A DNA stretch of 63,061 nucleotides, counting the filler, from Choristocarpus tenellus KU-1152 (Eukaryota; Protista; Phaeophyceae), in NCBI GenBank assembly GCA_964200185.2. It is 11 parts of 11 records of this genome, joined end to end, with 100 filler letters (N's around TTAATTAATTAA, not from the genome) between each part and the next. Parts side by side here need not be neighbours in the genome. Positions count along the whole stretch, not along the records: positions 1 to 4,264 come from CAXNAD020015410.1; positions 4,365 to 12,131 come from CAXNAD020005614.1; positions 12,232 to 14,753 come from CAXNAD020027094.1; 8 more parts are not named here. One strand, given 5' to 3'. Shown here piece after piece: positions 1 through 12,745 of the stretch; the stretch's first letter is position 1, and each line of letters opens with the position of its first letter. Position numbers and translations under genes: made by a program. The notes under the pieces were generated by a model, which saw only the letters and a program-made list of their open reading frames with translations, searched no databases and had not been told where the DNA came from.

Positions 1-63
1 TCAATTTTGGGTCAAGCCCATCCTCAATGAAAAGCTTCATCCTCAATTTTTGAAATCCCCTGT
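1..63. mobile_element. Right half of a fold-back MITE (same family as 42225-42376)
   Basis: Nearly identical to 42309-42371 (tcaattttgggtcaagcccatcctcaa...tttgaaatc). Confidence 0.75.
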
Positions 64-1429
64 TGCATTGCGATGTGGCGCATGAGAGAGGAAAAGTTGG
101 AGCATCTCACTCCTGCATCTACGGCTCAATAGGCACCAAATCAAGGAGAAGGCCAAGTAATATGAGGAAATGAAGGCACTGAGACGCAGGGAGGATGAAT
201 CACAAGAACTTGCCTTCCAGAACATTGTGACCGGGCAAACAGTTGCTTTCATTCTGTATTACGTATCAACACTTCCGTGCCACCGTGCAACTGTTGCACA
301 ATATCATATTGAATAGTGGTGAACACGTCAAAGTTCGTCCACTGTTCAGTATCAGTTCGAGCAACAGATTGCTAGGGTGAGAAGAAATATCGCATCAGGA
401 AGGGATTTCTTGCTGCTTCTCAGCAGTTGGCGTAGAATGGGGTCTACTAAGTCGGACTTAACTAAGCTCTAATAATGGGTTTCGACAAGACATCCAATGT
501 AAATGATGAAAATTTCTGATACCATCTTGAGGATTTATAACCTGCCCCCAAACTGTTCATTCTGATGCAGAAGAGAGTAAGTGCTTCAGAAGTATATACT
601 ATATATTCAGAGTACATATCCTTTGAATTTACACTGTGCTATATCTCCATGTCATCTGACATTTGAAGGAGTGTTCAGGGAAGATGACGATGTGTGACAC
701 TACACACCACCATTCATTGATCATCCAGAGCTGAGCATAAAATGACAAGCCTTTGACTTTTTATATAAGCCTACCGCCTGGATATTTGGCACTTACCGTC
801 ATTGATCTATGTCTCAACTGCCTTATATGTCGGTGTCAAATGTATTCGCAGCGTTTCTTTAATCCTTCATAATTTGAATTCATAATAATTATATTTTCCG
901 TTTGAAGGTGGCAGACTAAGATCTTAGAATTCACTTTGCAGTTCAAATTAGTACAACTGTTGAATACTTGTATTCATCTAACTTATATTTTCCCAGAAAG
1001 TGCGTATAAAAACACTATCCTCATGTGTTAACACAATTCAGAACAAAATAGGGGGATGGTTGCAGCCACTAAAAAATAAACCACAAGCGACTCGACGTAT
1101 AGAAGAGGACCCAGTTTTTGACCGTCTTGCATATTTCGAGTTTTTTCACCAGCCCAGCTGTCAACCCGTCCAACCACTTGTACAAATAGTGGATAACAAA
1201 AATATGCCAGATTTTCTTTTCGTTCACAGACTAATTCAAGCAGGACACAAACAATCCCACATCATTTTCCCCACCCCCCCTTACCCCCCCTTGGTCCCTC
1301 CCTCAAACTACAAATGAACATTTCTAAACCAACCCTCTAACCCTGACCACCTTGAAATTTGGTGCATCTCAAGGTCATTCACAGGGACACCAAAATATGA
1401 AAGGCACCCCTGTGAGGCTTTCAAACAAA

Positions 1430-1869
1430 GAGCCAAAGTATCTTAGAGGGTAGGACCCAAAGTATCTGGGGGGGGGAGGGGGTCTGCGCCAGGGTGTCCG
1501 TTTGTGTCATAACCAAGAAAAGTACAATTACAAAATCCCTCAGACGTATGCAACCAAATCACCAAAAAATCGCAAGATAAAATAATTGACCCCAAATAGA
1601 CAGCCGCCACCCCCTCCCAGATGCTTGGAGTCTAAAGCCACGTCCATTTGGGGGTCAAAATCCAATGTTGTGCTTTTGATGTAATTTTGCCTATCGTGTT
1701 TGTTAGGAAGTGTTAATACTATGTTCTGGACACACCTTTTCATAACGTATACATTTTACCTACTCCTAGACATTTTGGAATAGGAAATTGTCAAATGAAA
1801 TCCCCATGGGAAGCCAAGCCTCAAATGAACAAACAGGGCAAACCTCGTACCCTCTAAGATACTTCACTT
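1430..1869. mobile_element. MITE family A copy carrying a nested family B MITE (1454-1632)
   Basis: TIRs GAGCCAAAGTATCTTAGAGGG...CCCTCTAAGATACTTCACTT. Removing 1454-1632 and one 3-bp flank (tag/taa) restores the ~260-bp family A consensus. Confidence 0.85.
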
Positions 1870-4264
1870 AAAACCATATCATCATTGCGACTGGCCACAC
1901 ATTGCCTACTTCGAACTCTGGCGACCTCAACATCTGTAGATAGAACGTACAGAGTGAGGAAGTCAAGGGCTAGAAGAGAAATAATTTTCTCTCTCTTTTG
2001 CTTCGTGTTGACAATGGTGATGACAATGACTTTCGTTACTTTTACAAGCATGTTATATGACCCAGTCTTGATAACACAAGATATGTACACATAATTATAT
2101 TCCAGTTCAAACTGACAATCGATAGGTCTTGTTTTTTGAAATGATAAAAAATTGGAGATTACAACTGACAAATTATGGAAGGGTGGAAATTGCTGATGAT
2201 GATGGTATGAGCAAAACCTCACTAGCATGCCGCCATACCCACACTTTCTACAACAGTTTGTCCTACCATAAGTGCAGCTGACACAATGGTTCAGAGTAAC
2301 TGGGCGGGGGGGGGGGTTCCTGCTGCTGAGTATATGGGACCCGTCTGACTTTCTAGTGGCACATGTTCTTGGAGCACTCATTCCACAGTTCACTTTGGAG
2401 CGTATCCTGGCTATGTTTTGTGGTGTCTGTATATTCAGCTCTTGCCAAATCAAGCGGATACCCTCTTCCCAACGCCTTTCTTCAAGTGCCTTCAATAGTA
2501 TTATATTGAAAGTTCGAAATTCCGATTCGAAAATTCAAAAGGCCACAACCACCCCCACCCCTCTTGGTTGCTTCGACTCAAACACCAAACCCTAAATTTA
2601 TTCTCTTGACACCTACCTACTAACGGCCCTGTCCTTGATCTTAAAACCCCAACCTTCGTCTCAACGCCAATTGACTCCATTCCGTCATATTATATTTTTC
2701 GCTTACCCTCCACTATACTGGCTATATGTAGTCTAAGATCCACTGGAAGGTTTTTGAATGGAATCATTTTCTCCACCCTAAGAACAAATACACACAATAA
2801 TACACACGCGCAGTAGCAGCAGGGGCGGGGGCAATGAAGGGAAGCTTATCTTATTTTGATCGAGAGGGTGATTGCCTTCTTTTAATACAGAAAAAGAATA
2901 GGAATAATCACCGTGTAAACATAAAAATATGAAAATATGTGAAAAATAATAACATAGAGCAATATCAGTATTTTAAAGTAAAAAAAGGGGAGTATACATC
3001 CTCTTGAATGGAAAATGTTAACACATTAACAATAATATGCAGCAAGATCATTTTTAAATGTTTTGAAGTGACAAAAAAAAATAGTTCCAGAAATATATAT
3101 ATCTGAACCGTGATAGTCACCTTCATGCCAAGGTATAACCTTTGAAGTACCCTTTCCTCTGTAAGACACACATCGGAGTCTGTTACCTCATATGACATTA
3201 GCATTGCTTCCTACTGAATGACCTCGATATCAGCATGTTGATTGGAGATTGCGAGTCACACTCATTCAGATCCCTTTTTATTCCTTTCCTGAGTAAACTT
3301 CCTCGGCTTCCTTACATTCTTTCCTTGTTTCTCTCCTTTCCGTTCTTATTGTGGGTATTCCCTCTCTCCTTCAGTGTGAAGAACCTCTATGCCTATTTCC
3401 ACCTGTTTCATAGGACCTGATTTTCATTGATATGGAAACGAGATTCTGTGAGGTACGAGGGGTTGCAGGGCGAAGATATCCCTACTCTAATGAGTAGAAA
3501 ATGCCAACAACTGTTCCTAATAAATGTTACTATAATGATAATGAAGTTGGTATTGGTATTTGCCATTAATCGAATTGTATAATCTTCATTGTGGAGCAAA
3601 GCGTAATTTTAATATTAGTCACAGTCAGCCTCTTTTTGGAGGTGGGACGAAGAGTCATTATTAGGATCTTCGTCATTTCATTAGACGTACCGTTATCGGC
3701 TCATACGAACTTAACCAAACCATTGTCGCTGGCTGACTGTCTGTGGGTAGATGTGGTCTGTGGAGAATAGAATTGGAGTAGCCAGCTGCTGAACCGTTTT
3801 CATCTTCGACACACGATTCTTACCTTCGATCGAACCCCTTTGGATACAAAGATTGGAGTGGTGGTATGAAAATGCACTATTGATGTTAATAATAAGAAAT
3901 GTTTATCCTCGGAAGAAACGGACAGACGGGGGGGTATGACGATAGTTACAGATAGATACCATATAGAGTCAACTTAAACTAGAGGTTTGTTTTGCTCACG
4001 AATTCTGGATTATTATTATTGTTTTGCACATTCCTATTTTCTTATTCCTCTATCCTCTATTCCCCATTTGATGACCAACCAATGCGAATGCCCTTTGTCA
4101 CTGATTGCCAGCCATCCCCACATTTGGTGACCAACCAGTGCGAATGCCCTTCGTCACTGATTGCCAGCCATCCTTTCAAACACAAGTTCCCACTCCCCTC
4201 AATCCCACAGCAGTTCTCACACCACTCAACATCACTCCACGATCATCCAAGAAGACATCTACCC

Positions 4265-4364
4265 NNNNNNNNNNNNNNNNNNNNNNNNNNNNNNNNNNNN
4301 NNNNNNNNTTAATTAATTAANNNNNNNNNNNNNNNNNNNNNNNNNNNNNNNNNNNNNNNNNNNN
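4265..4364. other. Artificial contig linker N44-TTAATTAATTAA-N44 (first of ten)
   Basis: Identical 100-nt spacers, with stops in all six frames, at 4265, 12132, 14754, 25252, 28822, 31675, 40441, 47566, 52802 and 56294. Confidence 0.98.
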
Positions 4365-4494
4365 CCCCTCCCCCCTTCCCGTGGCCCTCTCCTCCACTCC
4401 ACTCCACCCCAAGCCTTACCACATGTACACTGAGAACTCCATGGTCCCCAAACAAAACAACACACCTAAGGTCCATTGGGGCATGTAGGCTACT

Positions 4495-7459
4495 CTACCC
4501 GTTAGCTCCTCCAGGACCAGGTACTGCTTCCGCCGCCTCCGGAGGGGACAACCCAGTTGGTCTAGGTGGAGGGATTCGCTGTAGAACAAACAAGGTACCC
4601 TTGTTACCCCTTGCCAGTCGCAACTGATTGCTGAGATAGGTGAGGTCTATCCACCCTTTGACGTCATCGCCCAGGAGACGAAATGGGACTGGGTACGGGA
4701 TGGTGAAGGGTAAGATCTTCAGCTCAAACCCAGCCTCATCAAACTGGAAATCTATGCGTGCCTTGGGATTCTGTTCCATGTCAGGAGAGGGGTGTGTGTG
4801 TGTGTGTGTGTGTACATGAGAGAGAGAGAGAGAGTTACAAGGGTAATGATCTCGTAAGGGAGTGGGAGAGGCTGCAAGGGGAAAAGGAGAAGATGGGTTT
4901 GGGAAACCAGCAGATGCGGGTTTGGGGGTGAGAGGGGAACAAGAGATGTGTAATATCCTGACCGTGGTGTGATAGGGAAGGGGAGCAAGAAGCCCACTGA
5001 GGCTATGCAGGTGTTTATATTTCACTGGACTATTCAAAAAGCCAAGGGGGCAAAAAAATAGGCGCTAGCTTGAGGGAGTGGGTGTCAATATTATGCTTGA
5101 CCATTTGTGAGAATATGATTTGAAGTATTATTTTATGTACACACAGATCATAATGCAGGACATTAGGGATATTTAGGGTTAGGGGTATTTGACCAGAAGT
5201 AATTGGCAGACTGTTAGAGTCGGAGTGTTTCTGACGTGTACTAGAGAACTGTTGAGCCGTTTAGTATATTGAGTCATTCAATGTAAGGGTTGGTGAGCCC
5301 CACCTAGTGGTGGTACCTCACTCTCTTCTCAACTGTGATACAAGCCAATAAACAATAATATAACTGGTTGTGTGGGACAACAGATCGTCAAGGACAGCTT
5401 AACATTGGGAGTGAAAAGTGTCATTGGAAATACTTTCTCACAAAGGAGAGTCTACTGCAATCCCACAAAGAGTGATGCATGCCACGATTCTCATGCACTA
5501 CTGCACAACAGACTGTAACACCCCCTTTGCTTGTACCGACTACTTCCATCAAATGCATTGATAAAATGGTAAACAGACCACAGTCATGGCCTTTGTCACC
5601 TAATTCACACTTCGCAAAGCATACACGTTTCCCAAACCGACCGCTCCAACTTCACGGGAATCGTTTTTGCCCTCTCCACCTCACAAAAAACTAAAAAAAA
5701 AAAAAGGACGACCAGTTCCAAACAGGGCATACACCCCAAGTCAACCCATCTCTGTTCATTCGTGTGTGCCCATCCCGTCCATCCAGTACCAAATAATATC
5801 AACTTTGAATCTTAAAAAATCCGGAGCGCTCCATGTACACCTGCTGACATATCACCGGTGTCCCGATGTCCAGGTTTTAGTGCCAAGAACTTTTGAAAGG
5901 ACCACGACCACTTCTCTGCAGTTCTGCAAAGCTGTAACTTCACCAAAAATTATCCACCAACAATCCGCTCCAAGGTACCAACCATCCCAGTAGCATCGAG
6001 GAGTAGCATACACTGTAGACTGATCTCTACTGCCTCCTTTGCGTAGAACACAATATTGATACAGAAAAGCGGAAATGGAGACATGGTAATAACAACATGG
6101 TACACAATCTTCCCCCCCCCCACGAACTGTTCCCAGTGATACTGATCCAAAGTATCTGTGGGAGGGGGGGGGGGCTACACCAGGGTGTCCATTTGGGCCA
6201 AAATCAGGAAAAGTGTATTTACATTATCCGTCTGACTTATGAAACCAAATCACACAAAAATCGCGATATTAAAAAATCGACCCCAAATGGATATCCACAA
6301 CCCCCCCCAGATACTTTGAGCCACTAGCAATGAAGATTAGGATACCCAGACCACTCCAGACTACACCATGAACTACACCACGTGACTAGGAAAGTGGATT
6401 CCTTGATCCTTAGCAAACATTCTCGCAGAGGGGGGGGGGGGTGGAGAGTACAAGGCTATACCCACATGGTGAGGCAAAGAGGATGGCAGCGACGTATTAT
6501 CACCATGGCTAATATTCATGTAAATTTCATTGCGTGGCATGCAACAAAACACCGAGTTAAAACAGTGGACCTTTCATCACCACCTCCCCAAAGGGTGCAT
6601 CACTTGCATCTCTTTCTGTTGTGGCGGCAAAAGAACCAGTGCATGGCACAGCATGTGAAAAGGTCTAGGTGGTGGTACATCGTGCATCTCCAAGTGCATT
6701 GAATTGGAGGGTTAGGGAACACTTCCAAAAGTGCGGTTAGGGTTAGGGTTAGGGTTAAAACACTGCAGGCTCCTTCAAGAACTAGTTGTTGACTTGTTGA
6801 GAACCTTGCAACAATCCTCCCACCCTTCCAAAACCTGAGAAACACCACCCTCTCTCATCAAGAGTATATGTATCGGCCAGTGATCTTCAAGAAGCGCTCA
6901 TTCCTCGCAATAGTCTTTGGGGGGGATTTCACGTTTGACCTGAGTTGGGAGCAGGGACCTGACCTGGTTCTAGGTTGTATCGTTTCTCCTGTCACCAAAG
7001 ACAAAATTGGGTCAGAACTTCTTTATGATAAACAATACTGAGGGCCCCTCTTGCCAAAGATCAACTTGTTGGGGTCATTGACCATGATCATCATCACATC
7101 CTTCTCTTTACCTGCTGACTTCAACATCTACCATTCAAATTAATGCAACATAACTGCATGGAACTCCTGCTGCTGTGCTGTGATACCTGGGACCCTTCCT
7201 TGTGGATTTTGGTACAACAGTTAGTCGTTTATGACCTCCGCCTTCAATTGAGTAGTGACTGGGAGTACTACTCATGATAACTAGAGCACCACCCCCTCTC
7301 TTGCAGGGAATCATATGGGGGATGACACATTACTTTCATACAGATTAAAACTCCCTAATCTCTCCTTAACAGTAGTCACCCCAAAATCATCCTTCATCCC
7401 TCAAAATGATCCAGGGCCGGCGTTTGATCATCAGACCTGAACCCCCAACCAACCCATAC

Positions 7460-7500
<41 letters not shown>

Positions 7501-7581
7501 TCTCCCCCCCCCACACAAACCAACAAAATCCTCCCCCCCCCCCCACAATGGCCCAGGGCCGGCGTTTGTTCATCAGACCCG

Positions 7582-7621
<40 letters not shown>

Positions 7622-9773
7622 TTCCTCTCTATTGTTAGTCTTCCCTGACAGGAAAAGGAATACTAAGATCAACACACTATTACAGAAGTTGGGGTCCCCT
7701 TTGCAGCACTCAAGTACGCCTTTGAGACATACAATGTGGAATGTATGCTTAATCACGCGGTGATTAAAACCTGTACATAAGTAGATAACTATGTAGATCA
7801 CCTCAACAGTTGTGACAACAACAGGCACCAACCTGCAACAGCAGCAAAGTCTGGCGTAAGGGACAAACCATCACAGTGGAATACACTTCCCATGTATCCA
7901 GTTCACAGCAAGGAGGACTGACTGATGAATAAACAATTTGTAAACAGGCTCCTCTATGGACTCTTAGACGATGCCAACATGTACAAAATCCCTCTACATA
8001 GCCTGCCTTCATAAATTTATATTCGCCAACAAACTTAGTGAGGTAGTGATTTGGACAACAAGTTAAGACTCACATGCCAATTCTATATATAGATTCTACG
8101 TACCTGAATGTTAACATGGAGGGTTCACTTCTCAAGGTCAATCACAGCAATGTCATAAACAGTACAGTGCACCCTCTGAACTAGCACCCTTGAGTCCAAG
8201 TTAGTTGCCTACAGTGACTGTGGTGCAACTCAAACTCACATCGTTTTAATAAACAAATACCATCAACCTTCAGAAGCCACGTTTCTGCATTTCAAGTCTT
8301 GGTGTAAACTTGGATCAACTTGAAGGAAAATCTAACTAAAAAGAAATTTCACTAGAGTCAGAAATTTCAGGATTTGTTCAAAGCTCAACAGGGGAAGCTC
8401 TCTCACCTCCGGTGGAGTGACCTTGCTGACACCTAGAACGTTTAATCCGAAGAAACGTCCATCCCCTCGCCTTGGAACAAAGTCTTCCAGTGGTTTTGCC
8501 TCCGTGCTGGCAAGGGCTGTTACTCGCAATTGCCCAACGTTTTTTCCAAAGTCCACCACATTGGTCACCGTAGGGAGTGATCCTTCCGCCTATGTATGAT
8601 ACCAGAACAACAATTAGTTGCTATCGCAGGGGAAGGGGGGTGATGAGGGGATGGTATTGACCTGGTAGTCATTCAGTAATAACAATAACCTTTAAACCGA
8701 TGACAGGTGGGGAAGGCGTGTCAGCCTAGGCAAAGATGTCCTCACATTTCAAAAGGCAGATCTTTATATCCTTCACACCTTGACAACACATCTTTCAGTT
8801 GCGATCCCTTGGCCATCCATAATGTTTGTGCCAAGGTCCAGCAAGTGCCTATATATTTTTTCATAAGTAGAATAATTGACAAAAACACAGATACCTGAGA
8901 GTAGATGTCGATGTTCTGATAGATTGCGAAGCCGTCCACCCCAACAAAGGATCGCTGGACAGGAGATGCCGTCCCTGGGGTGGTGGTGAAGATAAGTCTC
9001 CATACACCGTCGACCAGAGGGCTAGAGGCCGGATCAGGAACACCACCATCTGCCTCCAGGGCAGCCACGGCACTATCCACAACCGCTTGCTGTTCCTGTG
9101 TTACCCCTCTGTGTACCGCGATCGCAGAAAATCGGAAAGGGGTGGATTGGTGGGTCACAGGAGGCAAATTACCTCCTGGGTTCATGGAACTGATAGGCAA
9201 GAAGCCAAAGGTGACTTCACCCCCAGATACTACAGAGACATGAAGTATCCCAATGTCGACTTACGGTCGCTGTGTCCAGTCGGCGCAAGTTGGAATAGAG
9301 GTAACGTGTCGGCGGGTTATCAACGAGTGTATATCAAATGTCTTACTTACTTTCCCCGGCCTTCCACCTCTTCGATAGCCTCCAACAAGTTATTTTCCAG
9401 GCCTTCCTTCGTATCTCTGGAGCCTGCACCCCCCATGAACCCCTTGATTAAGTCAAGGAACGAGCTTGACACCGAGGCTGACGAATCGACAAACGTCCTG
9501 AGCGGTCTAGTAGGTGGTTGTCGTGTTGAGGAGGTGAGCGCAACACGAGTAGGGGCGCTGTTCACACCAAGATTATTCCCTGGCGATGATGCACTTGGCA
9601 CAAAACCCTGTCGAGGAAGTAGTGGTCGAAGATAACATGAGGATTATCCCAATCAAAAAGAGGAAGATTCTGGTTCCAGATCCAAATAACTTTTGGAGGA
9701 CTCCCCTGCCTACAATTCCACTCACCTGAGCTACTCCTATTGTAGTAATCCAAAGGATAAGAGCACGAAACAT
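4495..9773 (-). CDS. Plastid-targeted PAP/fibrillin family protein, complete 5-exon model (~325 aa)
   Basis: Exons 9773-9726, 9607-9351, 9108-8895, 8589-8407 and 4770-4495 all have GT-AG boundaries and consistent phases, totalling 978 nt. Motifs LVDGVWRLIFTTT, VTNVVDF, RIDFQF and GWIDLTYLSNQLRLARGNKGTLFVL are typical of PAP_fibrillin. The N-terminus MFRALILWITTIGVAQG-FVPS is a signal peptide plus ASAFAP-like motif, followed by an S/T/R-rich transit peptide. Confidence 0.9.
6144..6322. mobile_element. MITE family B (~180 bp, subterminal G/C tracts)
   Basis: TIRs GATCCAAAGTATCTG...CAGATACTTTGAGCC with an act/act 3-bp duplication. Collinear with 1454-1632. Confidence 0.8.
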
Positions 9774-10016
9774 CGGAGTTTCAACGTTCCAACTCTGAGC
9801 CGGAAAGGCGTGCGGTCATATGCTAAGTTTGGTATCTCGGTAATACATCGTACCTACCACCTTGGACCCTCCTTGTGATTTTAAAAACATCCAACCCAAG
9901 GAATTTTACGAACTCCTCGAACTGTATTTGGACGAAGTTCGCACAAGACACACTCACACCCGAGGAGGAAGAGGGAGAGAAAGAACGTTGTTGGGTTGCT
10001 TGTACCGAAGTTGAGC

Positions 10017-10260
10017 ATGGATCCGAAGTCAGAGTGGGCCCTGGGAGACTTCCAGGAGGCTGCAATAGAGCTGCACCTCCTGAATATCGATACACCCAAA
10101 GATAGACTTGTTCTTGACGAGGGGAGCAAGGGGCCCAGCGAGGTTACTATTCCTGTGCGGGGGATTCAAAGAGGACGCACAGTTGGCCATTCGCGAAAAA
10201 TTGTTTGCCAGGGCGAAAATCTGGAAGTCATCCTGGTTGTCAAGTTTCCTGAGGGTCTGG
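10017..10260 (+). CDS. Putative first exon of an unknown gene divergent from the fibrillin gene
   Basis: Protein-like frame MDPKSEWALGDFQEAAIELHLLNIDTPKDRLVLDE...VILVVKFPEGL, ending near a GTACGT donor. No family recognised, and the opposite strand is also open here. Confidence 0.3.
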
Positions 10261-12745
10261 GTACGTAATATTTCCACCTGTTAGTACTTTGTTCCTGCAA
10301 TGCGTAAGAGGTGTGTAAGGATGTAGACGTAGGCTGCATGCTGACTTAGATAAAAGGTGCCTTCGATGGACCTAGATGTTGTGTGACATCGCGATTTGTG
10401 TTCTAGGCATAGTCGGTCGGTCGAGGACTGTGGAAGGGCACCACGAGATAGTATGCTTGTGTATATGAAGGAGTTGTCCTTTGTCCAGGTCCTATCTTGT
10501 GCATTTTCTCTGTTTGGCTCTCAAGGCACTGTCTGGAACGTCTATAGCTGTAGATTCGAGGCCTTTGAAATGAGACTAGGTTACTGTTCAAGTCAACCTC
10601 CCATCTACTGTCGTATCTCTCTCTCTATTGTGCTCGATCTGAACATACCTGGATTCTGAAGACAATGACGAGCTCACAAGACGGTGGCGCCGCTTCGGTC
10701 GTGAAATGAACGTGGAAATAGAGGTAGGCAGCTTGATATAACCCTAGATATTTCTCGCACTGTGGACTGCGTCATTTCAAAGTCAGTACACGTCACCAGT
10801 AAGTAGTTGCAATCGATTACCAACAGTAACATGATCCAGGCAAAACAAAATTTACAACTGAGTTTGGGAAACAACTTATGATGTTTGTGGAAATAGAAGA
10901 TGAGACAAAGGCCTTGTTGACGGACTCGACGAGAAGCTTCCAAACCCAATTTTTAAGCTTGATTTTGAAAAACGAGACATTCGGTCATAATTATCTCGAA
11001 AATTTCATGAAGCAGTGTTGTATTGATCCACAACGACATCACACCAGCTGGAATTGTCCCTGGTGCTTTGTTCAGTATGAATGACCTCATCTATCTCCAA
11101 GAACACAAAGACATGTGAAGGGCATAGATCAACAGCGATTTGCTCCCTGAACCTAAACTGTAAGGATGCACAGGCACATTTCCATAACTCGATATCCAGA
11201 GTGTCAAAGGGGTTGCTTCAGGTCACTTCAGAGCGAAAATTTTGGAAGCTTTTTTTCTTGAGACCTAAATTTTTCCCATTGAAATGTGTAGATCTTATTT
11301 TATCCTGCATTAATTTACCTCAAAATGGTGATCTGGAGCCTAGTTTCTCGTAAAAATACGTAACAGTATGTCCTTTCCACAAACTCCACAGAGATGCTTT
11401 TCATCCTCTCTCTCCACCACCTTTTCAAATTTATATTTCCCTGGGAAAGGAGCATCTGTGTATTTTTGAAGAATCTTGATCTGAATACAGACTAGAAGCT
11501 GTTTCTCAAATAGTTGACAATATTTGCTAGAATGTAAGAGTGAGTGATGGATTGGTTAATTAAACCCAAATTATGTGTGTGTGTGTGTGTGTTTTAAGCC
11601 ATCTTGTCTAGGAGAGTCAAGAGCTTTCCGAAATTACATTGGTGTATGTCTGAAGCAAAGCCAATCTTCCTCGAGTGGTTTATTACCTGGATCATAGGTA
11701 CCACTGAATCTTGGCCGACACTCATTCTCCCACACTACCTACTTCAATGCAGACCTCGAAATGTCCATCTCTGTGGAAAACACCACATGAATGTGGGCTT
11801 TAATATAAAATTATGCAGTGACTAGAACATGAGGATCTCCCCGTAAGACGAAAATTTCCCCTGTGGAGGGGAATGCAATGCATTCAGTTGAAAAATGCCC
11901 CAAAACTCTTCACCAGTGGGGCGAGAGTATGAATGTGACAAATTTAGGTCCGTCTTGAATCACATAGTGTGGTGATGGTGATGGTGATGGTGATGGTGAT
12001 GACAGAGTACTTTATATAAGGGTGCTAGAGACAGAGGTGTGTTATCAAAATCATTGGGGGGGGGGGGGGGGGGGGGGGGGGCGCAGGGGGACGAGGCTGG
12101 TATTCGGAGGCCACAAGACACAGCCACCCACNNNNNNNNNNNNNNNNNNNNNNNNNNNNNNNNNNNNNNNNNNNNTTAATTAATTAANNNNNNNNNNNNN
12201 NNNNNNNNNNNNNNNNNNNNNNNNNNNNNNNACCCCCATCCAACAAATCTCTCTACCAAAACCTATAATTTGTTTGGATCTTTGATTGCTGATGCTGTAC
12301 AGGCTATGTACCACCTACACCTTCTTTGTATCGCCCAGGAAGCAAGACCATGAACGTTTTTAACATGGGGGGGGGAGGGGGAGTAGAGGTTAGGAATGCA
12401 AATGTAACCCAATATTGAGGAATGTTATGAAAATTTGCTGCTGACTTTAGTTAGTCCCTCCAATGTGACACCAGTCGAAATGCCAAGTCCATCATTTGAT
12501 ATTCCATAGGTTTGACTTTTAGTGTGAACTTTCCAATATTTTCTGCATGCTTATGTATTATTTTCCCTCCCCCCCTCCTCCCTATTCCCCACCCCCATTT
12601 CTCCTGCGGTGCCACTAGGGCGAATGCATTCTATTGGCTGAATGACATTTATACGCTCTTCTATTTGTTGAAAATTCCGTTTGTAGTACTATTCCTCCCT
12701 CCACTCCTAAATCTTGTGCATCACACACTGATTGTTACTGCCAAG

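Noticed and set aside
1854-2495. 213-aa ORF as a gene
   Set aside because: No recognisable motif, and it runs into a MITE. Probably a decayed repeat or a chance frame.
7394-7650. Polyproline/polyglycine (formin- or extensin-like) ORFs
   Set aside because: Poly-C runs with a duplicated noisy flank inside a fibrillin intron, probably a sequencing or assembly artefact. The same applies to 17473, 25122 and 52919.
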